The notes below the pieces were generated by a model. That model had not been told where the DNA came from. It was given only the letters and a program-made list of their open reading frames with translations, and did not search any database. Below are positions 51,161 through 62,452 of a stretch of DNA of 64,000 nucleotides, piece by piece. Position 1 is the first letter of the stretch. Each line of letters begins with the position of its first letter. This DNA is from Proteromonas lacertae (taxonomy: Eukaryota), in contig NGBS01000300.1 in the NCBI GenBank assembly GCA_002245135.1, forward strand, positions 1-64,000. The letters run 5' to 3'. A program made the position numbers and the translations under genes.

Positions 51161-53904
51161 ATGACTAATAAAGGAAATAAAAACAATATCAACTGTATAA
51201 TTCACAGCATATAGGTGTAGATAACAAAGTATTGGAATATGCTATTCATCCTACAAACTGTTTTCTCTCAATCTTTGTTTTTTTAATCACAGAATCAATC
51301 TACTATAGTACATTATACAAGACAATTGCAGGAGGAGATAGGTATGTGTTATTATTCTTACATAATATTAGTGGTGAATTAGTTGCTGAGGCTTGTGAAT
51401 TAGGAATTGCTCATCCTCCTGGTTATCCTACTTATGTAATTTTGACTCACTATTTTATGAAATTCTTTCCTTGGGGAAGTCCAGGATGGAAAGCTAATTT
51501 ATTATCTTCAAGTATTATTTTTTTATTTATTATAATGTATAGTATTTGAATCAGGTGCAGTAACTTTGTTTTATTTAAGTTTAGATCTCTGGACAAGTCA
51601 TACTAAGTATTATTTTCCTGTAATTAACTTTACATCTTCATTTCTGTATAAAATATAACAATATAATCATAATTAATAGATTTGCTTTATCACCTGATAT
51701 GTGGATATATGCAAATGGTGCTGAAGTATTTTCACTCAATAATCTGTTTGTTGGTTTAATTGTATACTTGACATTCAGAGTAACTTATTATGGTAGAAAG
51801 AGTGATGTATTATTAGGAGCATTTATGTGTGGATTTGCTTTAACCAATCAACATACAATAGTTTTATATGAAATTCCATTGATTTTATATATTTTATATT
51901 TAATTAGAGAGAATATAACAATCAATTTGTTGTTAGTAATAGCTTTATGTTTTGTAATAGGATTATCACCATATTTATTTTTATATTTTAATTCAATATA
52001 TAATCCTAAGAGTTTTACATGGGGTGATTTATCTACTATCACTGGATTTATTAATCATTTATTAAGAAAAGATTATGGAACTTTTAGACTGTTTTCATCA
52101 TCAGAAGAATCTGAAGGTTGTACGACTAGAACTTTGTTATTAATAAAGAGTTTTATAAAGAAAGTTCATATTAGTGGATTTTGTTTTGGAATGTATTTGT
52201 TGATATTATTTATTTTGCTTAGAATTGGTTTATTGTTTTGTTTTAGAAAGACATTCTCTCCAATGAAATCATTTGAAGATATGGATTATGAAATAAAGAA
52301 GAAAGAAGATAAGAAAACTGAAGAAAAAGAAGAAAATAGTAAGTGGAAAGTGGATAATGGTTCTTTAATAATTGGTAAAGTAATGATCTTCACTTTATTA
52401 TTGTATATTTATTTATATAATATTATATATTCGTAATAATAGTTATGTATTTACCTTCCATTCATTATCAAATATGCCATTGAAACAAACATTACTATAT
52501 GCTGTACATGAAAGGTTTTGGATGCAACCTTACTTCATAATGTATATGTTTACATCAATTGGATTATCAATAATTGCATCATTACCATTAAATATTCAAA
52601 TAATATCATCATTTCCATACTTATATACTGTTTTCTTATTTCTTATAATTGGTTATGGATATGGAGTTAATCAATATTTTAGAGTTATTCATATTACTGA
52701 TATGAGTAATAATAGTTATATAACCAATTATGGAAAAGCACTATTATCTGGTTTACCTGTATATATTATTATTACTATTATATCGAATAGAATAACAGTT
52801 TAGTCCTTGCAACATATGATCATCAATGGACTAGTCTAAGATATTTACAATTATGTGAAAATTATCGAAAAGATTTGACAATTGTTCATGCACCAATGTT
52901 GACTTACACTTGGATAATTAAAGAGAAGAAATATCATAAATTTAATTTTCCAAAAGGTAAAATACACATGACAAATAAGGAAGAAGTTACCTTATATGAT
53001 AATTCCGTATTTAGTTTTTATGATTTTGTAAATGCTAATTATCGAAGATTTAAAGGTGAAATATATATTGGAGGAAGAGTATATATATATATATATATTG
53101 TTATTATAATTGTTGTTTATTTATTATAGCCATCTTATAAAGGTAAAAAATTTGATGAAACATATACATATTTCCCTCATTCAATGATGAAAAAAATAGT
53201 GAAGAAATCAGAATTATTAACTGATCCAAAAGACTATTTTGAGAAAGTAATGTACAATTGGGAGAAATCAGATGGAGTATATAAATGTTGTTATATTTTA
53301 TATTATTAGCCAAAAACGCATATGATAATTCACCCACTAGAGAAGGATTATGATGATTCAACATGGGAATGGGTTACTGTAAGAGATTATTGGGATCAAG
53401 TTGCATTCTTCGCTTCCTGTGTATTAGATGATGCAATTAGTTTAAATGACACAGTTCATATGAATCAAGCAGCAAGAATATTGAACGAATGGTATGATAA
53501 TGAAGTTGAACAATATAAATCATTCAGTTTTTTGAAGAATACTGGATTGGCTTTGATTAATATAGCTAAAGCAAAGGGAAGGACTGGTATTGTTATTATT
53601 ATTATATATATATATGTATTATATAGTTTTTCCACATATGAAAGGATATAGAAAGAATGGATATTTTATTCCACAAAATGGTGTATTAACAACAGAAAAG
53701 TATATAAGTCCAATTGAAGGAAAACAGTATAATAATTATGAATATATTATAATATTTAGTCCATTGCATTTACTTGTATCAAAAGCCATTATGATATGGT
53801 CAGAAGCTGTGTTAAAGCCAGAAGCAAAAGATGATCAAGGATATCAAAACATGTTAACTACAATTAATGTTTTAAAAAAAGCTTTAGGAAAAGATAAACA
53901 ATAA
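51161..53904 (+). CDS. TMEM260: TMEM260/DUF2723 protein O-mannosyltransferase-like
   Basis: AGGDSGEL, GIAHPPGYPTY, AEVFSLNNLF, LTNQHT, WGD, HLLRKDYGTFRL, ERFWMQP; about 10 introns. Confidence 0.9.
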
Positions 53905-53964
53905 GAAAAAAAGAATGCACTAATAATAATAATAATAATAATAATATATGTTTTAATTTTCTAT

Positions 53965-54900
53965 TTAAGTTTGTTTGAGTAAAGATTCTAATTCATTACA
54001 TCTTTTTTCTACCTCCTGCAAAACTAAATGAATGGTTGGATCAAATGAACAGATTAATTGACTGTTTAACATACACAAGTTCACTAATTAAAAATATAGA
54101 TGTAGTTCATTAAATGTACCTTTTAAATTCTTCATATCTTCATTAATCTTGTCAAAATACTCATTCCAATATTTTACAAAAACATATCTAAATAATTAAA
54201 TTAATAAAGAAAAAATAACAAACAAGTCTTTTTCAGATTTATCAAATTCCTTGTCTTTTATTAATATATCTTCTTCTTCATAAGAATAGTCAATAGGATC
54301 TGATAGAAAACAACTGCTATTACTCAATTGAATAGATTTTGTTTCTACTGGAGTTTGTGTATATGAAACACATTGTATTTCATTTGCAGTAGAATTAGAT
54401 TGAATATGTGGTCTTGAATCAGATTGTCTAGTTGGAATCTTGGCTATACTTGTAGCTAATGGTCTTGTAGTGTTTTTAACCTCATCAGTTTGCTTATCAA
54501 TTTGCACCACTGGAGGTGACACTTTTATTCCTTTCTTTATGATAGAAAATCCAGCAAATTTTGACTTAAAGATTTCTGGCTTTGATTTAGCTAACTCAGT
54601 TTCATTTGAATTGTTGTTTACATTCTCTTTTGCTGGAGGTTCTGAAGATGCCACATTCTTATTAAACAAAGATGTCTTCTTAAACCCTAAAAAGCTACTA
54701 CTGAACTTAGAAGGCGATTTCTGAACATTTTGAATCTGGTTTTGCCTGTTTTGCAAAGTAAATCCATTTGCAACTGGCTCCTCTTTCTTATTCGCAAAGT
54801 CTGTCAATATAAATACTAAATTATAAAACCTGTAGTTTTGCTGAATCGAAAATTAAACTGGTTTGGTCTATACACATTATATTCAGAGAGAATACTTCAT
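53965..54900 (-). CDS. Hypothetical protein, multi-exon
   Basis: ATG AA|intron start; central ORF 54196-54807; spliced frame open to TAA at 53967-53965. Confidence 0.55.
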
Positions 54901-54967
54901 TTGAAATAAAAAGTGATTTGAAAATCAAACACAAAAGCTTGATAATTTAATTTTGATTTTTCTTCGT

Positions 54968-56252
54968 ATGAAGTGTATTTTTGCTTTGTGCTGTGTATAA
55001 AATAATTGCGTAATGTATATAGACTATTTTCGTTATATTAACATTCGTAATTAATGGATTGATTGGATATACTTATATGCAGAAATTAAGAGGATTATCA
55101 AATGGTCCAAAAGAGTCAGATATAGTTTATCAACCTGTGAATGTTAGTAAAGTTGATCTAGCACATCGTATATCACATTTTGTTATTCTTTTTATTGTGC
55201 AGGTCCAGCATTTATACCAGATAAGTTTTCAATTGTCCTTGTTGATTTTAATGAAACTTTTTTAGCCAAAACAGTTGAATCTATCTTGCTCAACTCTACA
55301 AAAGAATTGTTAGGAGAAATATTAGTCATTGATGATGGTACACCCATACCAGTAAGATATGATCATCCTTTAGTAAGAATAGTAAGAAATGGTATAAATT
55401 AATGAATTACTAAATATATATATAGATGTAAGAACTGGTTTAATTCAAGCTAGGAATCTAGGTGGTAATGAGGCAAGATGTGAGTATATTGCAATAATGG
55501 ATTGCCATATCAAAGTAGCAGAAGGTTGGTTAGAAGAACCATACAAATTAATGAAAGAAGATTATCGAACTATGGTGAATCCAACTGTATTTCAATTAGA
55601 TCCTGTCACTTATAATTTCTATCCATCTACAAAAGGTATTGGTAGTTCTGCAGGTTTTTATTGGTCATTTGTACATAAATGGGGAAGTGGTCGTCCAGGT
55701 ACAATGGAAAGTACAATTACAATGGGACAGTTCTTTGTTACAAAGCGTTGGTGGACTGAAATTGAAGGAATGGATCCTGGTATGGAACAATGGGGTGCGG
55801 AAAATATTGATGTATCGCTTCGAACTTGGTTATGTGGCGGTAGGATAATGTGTGCTAAGACATGCTATGTAGCTCATACATTTAGAAGTAAATTACCTTA
55901 TCATGTGGATAATGACAAAGTATTGAGAAATGCAGTAAGATCAGCTGAAGTTTGGTTAGGTGAAGAGTATATTGATAATTTTTATAAAGCAAGGGGTATT
56001 AAGAGAGGAACTATTAATTATGGTGATATTTCAAGTATTTGTTGAATTTTATTTTTAATTTGGATAGAACAATTGGCATTGAAAGATAAATTGAAGTGTC
56101 ATCCATTTAGTTGGTTTGTTGAAAGGTTTAAAGGTGTTGCACCCTGTTGGAAAGGTATATTGTTTGAATCATATTATTTTGTTATAGAAGATACAAAATG
56201 TGGTTCTTTTACTCCTGTTCAGCCTAGTGATATAATTAAAAGTTACTATTAA
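54968..56252 (+). CDS. GALNT: Polypeptide N-acetylgalactosaminyltransferase (GT27) without ricin-B lectin domain
   Basis: N-terminal TM, EILVIDDG, GLIQARNLG, DCH, WGAENIDVSLRTWLCGG, LKCHPFSWF; 5 introns. Confidence 0.9.
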
Positions 56253-56453
56253 ATGTTATTTATTTGTTTTTTTAATGTTTATCATTCTGTTGTTTTCATT
56301 ACATTAATACGGCATTATTGTAACGCTATAAAATATAAATTCAATGGCGCAATGTCTGTAATATGTTTTATTTTATTATGGTATTTTTTGGTGCGAAAAT
56401 ATTTCTACAGAAATTCTTTTTGTCATTCCCACCCACAACCACAACTCTCCACA

Positions 56454-57813
56454 ATGAATTTGTTTGGGAAAGTAGTGTTGATAATACTTGATACAATATC
56501 CCATTCTTTGCTTGGAATCATTCAGCTGGTATTTATATCTTCATTACACTGATTTAGAAATCAATAGGCAAAACAGAGAATTATTCATATTCATTCTTTT
56601 CAGTTAATTTTTATAGTGAAGTATGTTTGTTATTTATTATATATTTGTTGTAGTTAGTGAAATTCTTCATTTCGTTAGTTTTCTATCTGTTTTATAAATA
56701 TCAAGGAAAAGTAAATGATGAAAAAGTATCTTGGAAAGATATTTGCTTATGGTCAATACCTGCTCTCTTGTTTGATATAGACGCAAATATGGAGTTTATT
56801 GTTATGAAATATTTAAAATCTGCTGTTGCTGTGTTAGTATTTAGTTCCTTAGAAATCGTGATAGTTGGAGTAGGATCAGTATTAATATTACATCGTCATT
56901 TAAATGGAATTCAATGGGCTTCAATGTTTCTATTATGCATAGGAGTAGCTAATAGTGAATTATCATCTTGTGAAAATTGTCAACATCTAAGTGATTATCC
57001 TTTATTTGGTTCGTTTTTAGCAATATTAAATGCTGTAGCAGCTGCAAGTCAAGGAGTTGCAATAGAAAAGTTAATGAAAAAGACTGAGAATCTGTCCATC
57101 TGGCATCAAGGTATATTTTTATATGGATTTGGTACATTATTCAATTTATTATTCTTAATAATTATGGAAAGATCAAATTCATTAAATGCATTATTCTTTA
57201 AAGGTTATAATATTTGGGCATTTATTTTAATCCTATTGTATATATTATTATTATTATTATTATTATATTAATAGTTATGTAGCATTTGCAATGTTATCAA
57301 ATGTGATAATTAAACATATAAATACAATTGTTAAAACAATAGCTGCTTCTTCCTCATTATTTGTTACTTCCATTCTTTCAGTTTTCTTCTTTGATTTTGA
57401 TATGAAATATCTTTTTTTTTTAAATTACATTATATTATATAATAATTGTTTCTTTAATTATATGTTTTACTATTCCATTTGTTTTATCTCTTCTTACAGT
57501 TTGTATATCAATCTATTTATATCATGCAATGGCTGACACTGAAGAAGCAACTCCCAATTTACCAGTTTCTGCTGTTGATGAAGATGAAGAAAATAATGGA
57601 ATTGAAATGAATAAAAAGAAAATGAAGAAAGTTCGTGAATCTTATTCGAAGATAAATGCAATAGAAAACAGTGATGATGGTGATGATGAAAAAGAAGTTG
57701 ATGTAAATAAAAAGAAGAATGAAAAGAAGAGTGATAAAAAGAAATACAAAGATAAATCAGCGAAAGAAAGTGAAGTAGCGTCCTTAATAAAAGCTGAAGA
57801 AGATACTTCTTAG
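56454..57813 (+). CDS. SLC35A: Nucleotide-sugar transporter (SLC35A family)
   Basis: WSIPALLF, LNGIQW, EKLMK, FFKGY, IKHINTIVK; last TM restored by AT-AC intron 57407-57470; acidic/basic tail. Confidence 0.85.
57407..57470 (+). other. U12-type AT-AC intron (64 nt)
   Basis: ATATCTTT donor, TTTCTTTAAT branch-like motif, AC end; removal restores the frame DMNIPFVLSLLTVCISIYLYHAMAD. Confidence 0.85.
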
Positions 57814-58201
57814 ATAAAATGTATTTTTGTAGTTATTATTATAATTGTTAATCTTATGTAATATATTTGTGTGTGTTAATGGTATGTTATTAATTACACA
57901 TTTTTGGTAATTTACATTCAATTGACATTTTCATTATTTTTGGTTAATGTAGATAATTAATTATATCATTTCATGTGTTAATATGTTGCTTATATCAATT
58001 TATAGATTTTAAATCAATACTTATGTCATTCAGTTGATTTACAAAAAAGAATTAATAATTCAATCTATCCTTAACATTAATCAATATTCCATTTAAATGG
58101 TAATTTAAAAATAACGATACATATATGATTAAATACATATCCAAATAATAAATGAAAATATATCCGTTTTATTCGTTTTTTAATCAAAAGTTCGCTTTTT
58201 A

Positions 58202-60229
58202 ATGGGAAGAGCTCCATCTAAAATTAGAACTTATCCAGTATATATTAATCATTCTGCTGTAGTTGGTACTGAAAGAATTATCGAAAAGAGAGTGTTATGT
58301 AACTTATGCAGTGAATGATAGTATAAGTGATAAAATAAAGATAATAAAGAAATATAATACCAATAAAATATCAAATGAAGATATAGAAAGATATAAGAAT
58401 AGTATAAAAAGAATAAGTGTGTTAAACATCCCTCACTTATGCAAAGTTGAAGAAATAAAAGAAGAAGGTAAAAATATGTCAATTTATCTCAGTAAGTATA
58501 GTAGTAGTTTAGAGAATATCAATCCAGTGATCTTTTTAGCAAATAATGGTATAGAAGATATATTGAAAATAGTTTGTGAGTGTATTAGTGTATTTCATAT
58601 TAATGAATTGGTGTATGGAAATTTAAAACCTTCAAATATCTTAATAAATGAGAAAGTTGAATATTACTTAAGTGATTATTGTTGTTATTTTCTAACAAGA
58701 AATGTAAATATGGGAATAAATGAAATTTCATATTTAAGTCCAGAAATCATTTTAAATGAAGAATTGACAGAAAAGAGTGATATTTGGTCAATTGGTTGTT
58801 TAATATATTACTTATTGAGTGGTAAAAGAGCATTTGAAGGAGAGTCAACAATTGAAATTAAACTGAAAATCTTGAGATGTGAATATGTAAAACTAGATTG
58901 TGAAAACAATGTTGAATTAAATGATTTAATAGAAAAATTTAATTTGTTGATTGAGAAGTTGATAAAGCTAAAATCAGATGATAGATTATCAATAACAGAG
59001 TTAATCAATGAAATTGATAGTATGATTATATTGTTGTTCTTCATTAATTTTAATCAATAGATACTCAATTTAATATTCATCTTTCAGATAGAAATGAAGA
59101 TGAAGAATTTTCAGAAGAACCTCATAATAGTGTATATTATTATAAAGTGGGTAAAACTGAATATTTACTTGTATATTGTTATTCTTTTCATAATTAGGAA
59201 GAGTATAATAATGCAATTGAATCATTTAAAGTAGCATTAAAGTATTTATCAGAAGTAGATGATGAAACAAAATGTAATATTCACAAGTATATTGCAGATT
59301 CATATTATAATCTCGTATTGTTAATAATGATATTGTAAAATAGAAAAAATATAAAAAAGCTATAAAATCGTATAAAAAATCATTGGAATATTTGTCAGAA
59401 GTGGATGATAAAACAATATTTGAGATTTATTTTGGTATTGGAAAATGTTGCTTTGTTCTTGTATAATTAATGAATAATGTACTAATGTAGAAATATTATG
59501 ATGAATCATTAAAATCATTTCAACAGTCGTTGGATTATATTTCAGAAATGGATGACAATACAGTATGTGAGATTCAGTTAGATATTGGAAAGTGTTGTAT
59601 TATTCTTGTATAATTGATTATAGTTAGTGTTTAATTATATAATTAACTAGAAAGAGTATACTGAAGCAATTAAACCACTTCAAGAATCATTGGAATATTC
59701 GTCAGAAGTAAATGATAATATTAAATTTGAAATACATGAATATTTAGGATTATCATATTATTATCTTGTATGAATAACAAAATCATAAATATTATAACAT
59801 ATATTTATATAGAAAAGATACAATGAAGCAATAAAATCATTTCAAGAATCATTAGAATATTCATCAGATATAAATGATGAATCAAAATGTGAAGTGTATA
59901 AATTCATTGGAGAATCTCATTATTGTCTTGTATGATTAATAATTTAGTAACCGAATAGAAATATTACAATTTGGCAGTATTGTCATTAAATAGATCAATA
60001 AAATGTTCATCATCAATAGATAATTTTATAAAATGTGAAATATACAGATTTTTAGGATTGTCTTATTATTTTTTGGTATTATCTTTTAATAATATTTTAT
60101 AATAATTTTATTAAATAGCTTGATAATGATCATGTAATATCTTCCTTACAAGAAGCATTAAAATATGATGATGGGGGAAAAAGGGAAGTAATAAAAGCAT
60201 TATTGGATAAATGTGGTTACATGGAATAA
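58202..60229 (+). CDS. NEK-like pseudokinase with TPR array (one repeat per exon), N-myristoylation motif
   Basis: MGRAPS; YGNLKPSNIL, LSDY; six 117-nt phase-0 exons encoding 39-aa TPR-like repeats; TAA at 60227-60229. Confidence 0.85.
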
Positions 60230-60397
60230 ATGATGATAAATTGTTGTTTAAAGATAATATTATTACTGATTAATACACATAAATAGTTTTTAAAGTTTTT
60301 TATTCTAAGTTAAAACAAAAATATTTATTTTGTCAAAGCCAATAATTCGAGCCAAAAATTACTTTTCTATTTTATTTTATTATTTAAGTGTATTTGT

Positions 60398-60985
60398 ATG
60401 TCTGTGACGGTTGAAGTGAGAGAAAAACATAAATTTGATAAATCCAGCTTGATTAATGAACATATAAGTTCAAAACCCTCAAATTTTGCCAAGAAACAAC
60501 TAGAAAAGATGGGCTGGAAGGAAGGAGAAGGGCTTGGTAAAGATAAACAGGGTTTGAAAGAGCATATAAGAGTGAACAAAAAGATCAGTAGTGAAGGAGT
60601 ATAAAGTGTATTGTATATGATATTGAATAGATTGGTTATAAAGAAAGTGAAATTGAAAATGATAATGATAAATGGTGGATAAAGATATATAATAAGACAG
60701 TAAGTGATGATAATAGTGATAAAATAAAAGAAATAAGTGGTATATGATGATAATAATATATTTATATTAGATGAAGATTTATTCAAAGCTTGTGGTTGTA
60801 AGAGATTAGGAATGCGAGCAAGAATGGATCAAGAAGGTAAATGGAAAAGGATTGAAGAAGCTGAAAAGAAACTGAAAGGTAAAAATGAAACAAAAGAAGA
60901 AGAATCCAAACCCAAAAAACGAAAAAAACAAACATCATCATCATAACAAAGATGAAAAAGAAAAAAAGAAAGTAAAAAAAGAATA
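60398..60985 (+). CDS. G-patch protein (GPATCH4/Tma23-like)
   Basis: FAKKQLEKMGWKEGEGLGK, DEDLFKACG..LGMRAR; K-rich tail; stop at 60946 or ~60985 depending on an indel. Confidence 0.8.
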
Positions 60986-61039
60986 ATTTTTCATTTTGAT
61001 TTTAATTTATTAGGTGTTTTTGAATTTGTATTTATGTAA

Positions 61040-62377
61040 TTAGAATTCTCTAAAATCATCATCATCCAATGGTTTATTAGATAATATTTCTTCTATCTAT
61101 TGATGAATTATATATTAATAATTTATACTCTATCCATTATCTCAAAATCTAATTCTTTCATTATCTTCACAGCTTTTATATTCTCTTTTAATTGATTTAC
61201 TTTACTAGCTCCTAATAAAACAACATTTATATTTTCATTCTTTAATATCCAAGCAATTGACAATTGAGCTAAACTACAATCTAATTCATCTGCTATTTCT
61301 TTTAATTTTAAGTTATTCTTCAATATATTATCAATATTTCCATATTTTCCTTTTTCATTCATAATTAATGATTTTAGTTTTGAATATTGACCATTTCAAA
61401 TTTAATCTACTGTCTTTTGGAATATCATTTTGGTTTTTATATTTTCCTGTTAATACACCACTTGCTAATGGAGAATAAGTAACTAAACCCAATTTGTTTG
61501 AATTTATCAGTCTTTTATATTCTTTTTCAACTCTCTAATATATAAATATTATAACATACATATCTATTTAGGCATATTATATTCAGGTTGTTCAACAACT
61601 GGACCTATTAAACCAAGTCTATTGCTTATCTCTTAAACTAACAATTAAAGAAAATACAAACAAATAATTATATTTAAATAAAAAGATATAATTGCTTGTC
61701 TTATATCTTCACTACTCCATTCACTAGTTCCCCAATATAATGCCATTCCTTTATTTATCACATAATCAAATGCTCTGACTGTTTCTTCCATTGGTGTATG
61801 AATATCAGGACGATGAGCATACACAATATCAACATAATCTAATTGCAATCTCTTCAAAGATGATGTTAATCCTTCAATGATATGTTTTCTAGATAATCCA
61901 TAGTTGTTTAAATGTTTATAGTAATTCTCTTTATCTTTTGGTGATCCCCAATATATCTTTGTACTAATTACATAATCATATCTGCTCACGTTCAATCTCT
62001 TCAATACTCTACCCATGATTTCTTCAGCTACTCCATTGTTGTATGTTTCAGCATTATCAAAATAATTAATACCATTTTCAAATGCTGTCTATTGCTTTTT
62101 AAAAAAGTATAAATATACTTTCATTAAGTCATACGCAAGTGATTCATTAACTTGAATTCCAAACGTCACCCAAGCTCCAAATCCTAAACGACTAACTTTC
62201 AACCCAGTATTTCCTAAATAACTGTAAAGCATTTTAGGTTTAGTTTCCTAATTACATAATTAAAGTACAAAACAATACAAAAATAGCTGTACAACTCTCT
62301 ACACCACAAAATTCATTGTCTGACGCAAAGACTGAGATGATAAATATCATGTAGAATGAGAAAATCAACATTTTCAT
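61040..62377 (-). CDS. Aldo-keto reductase, Kv-beta (AKR6) type, with N-terminal hydrophobic leader
   Basis: [57 protein letters not shown]; several introns including a U12-type one; two apparent indels. Confidence 0.9.
61633..61689 (-). other. U12-type intron, AT-AA (57 nt) or AT-AG (60 nt)
   Basis: ATATCTTT donor and TTTTCTTTAAT branch-like motif; removal gives [13 protein letters not shown], matching AKR6 spacing; nearby GT donors do not restore the frame. Confidence 0.75.
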
Positions 62378-62452
62378 TTTCTATTATTTTGAAACGATCA
62401 TATTTTTGAAACAAAAAATACTAAAATCTAAATGAATCGTTAAATATATAAT

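Noticed and set aside
59198..60075. CRISPR-like or satellite array
   Set aside because: The periodicity comes from protein-coding TPR exons with splice sites, not identical repeats with spacers
5900..61575. Euplotes-like stop-codon programmed frameshifting
   Set aside because: CaMK and eIF3i shifts occur before conserved residues and far from stops; most sites are explained by one base gained or lost in a short run
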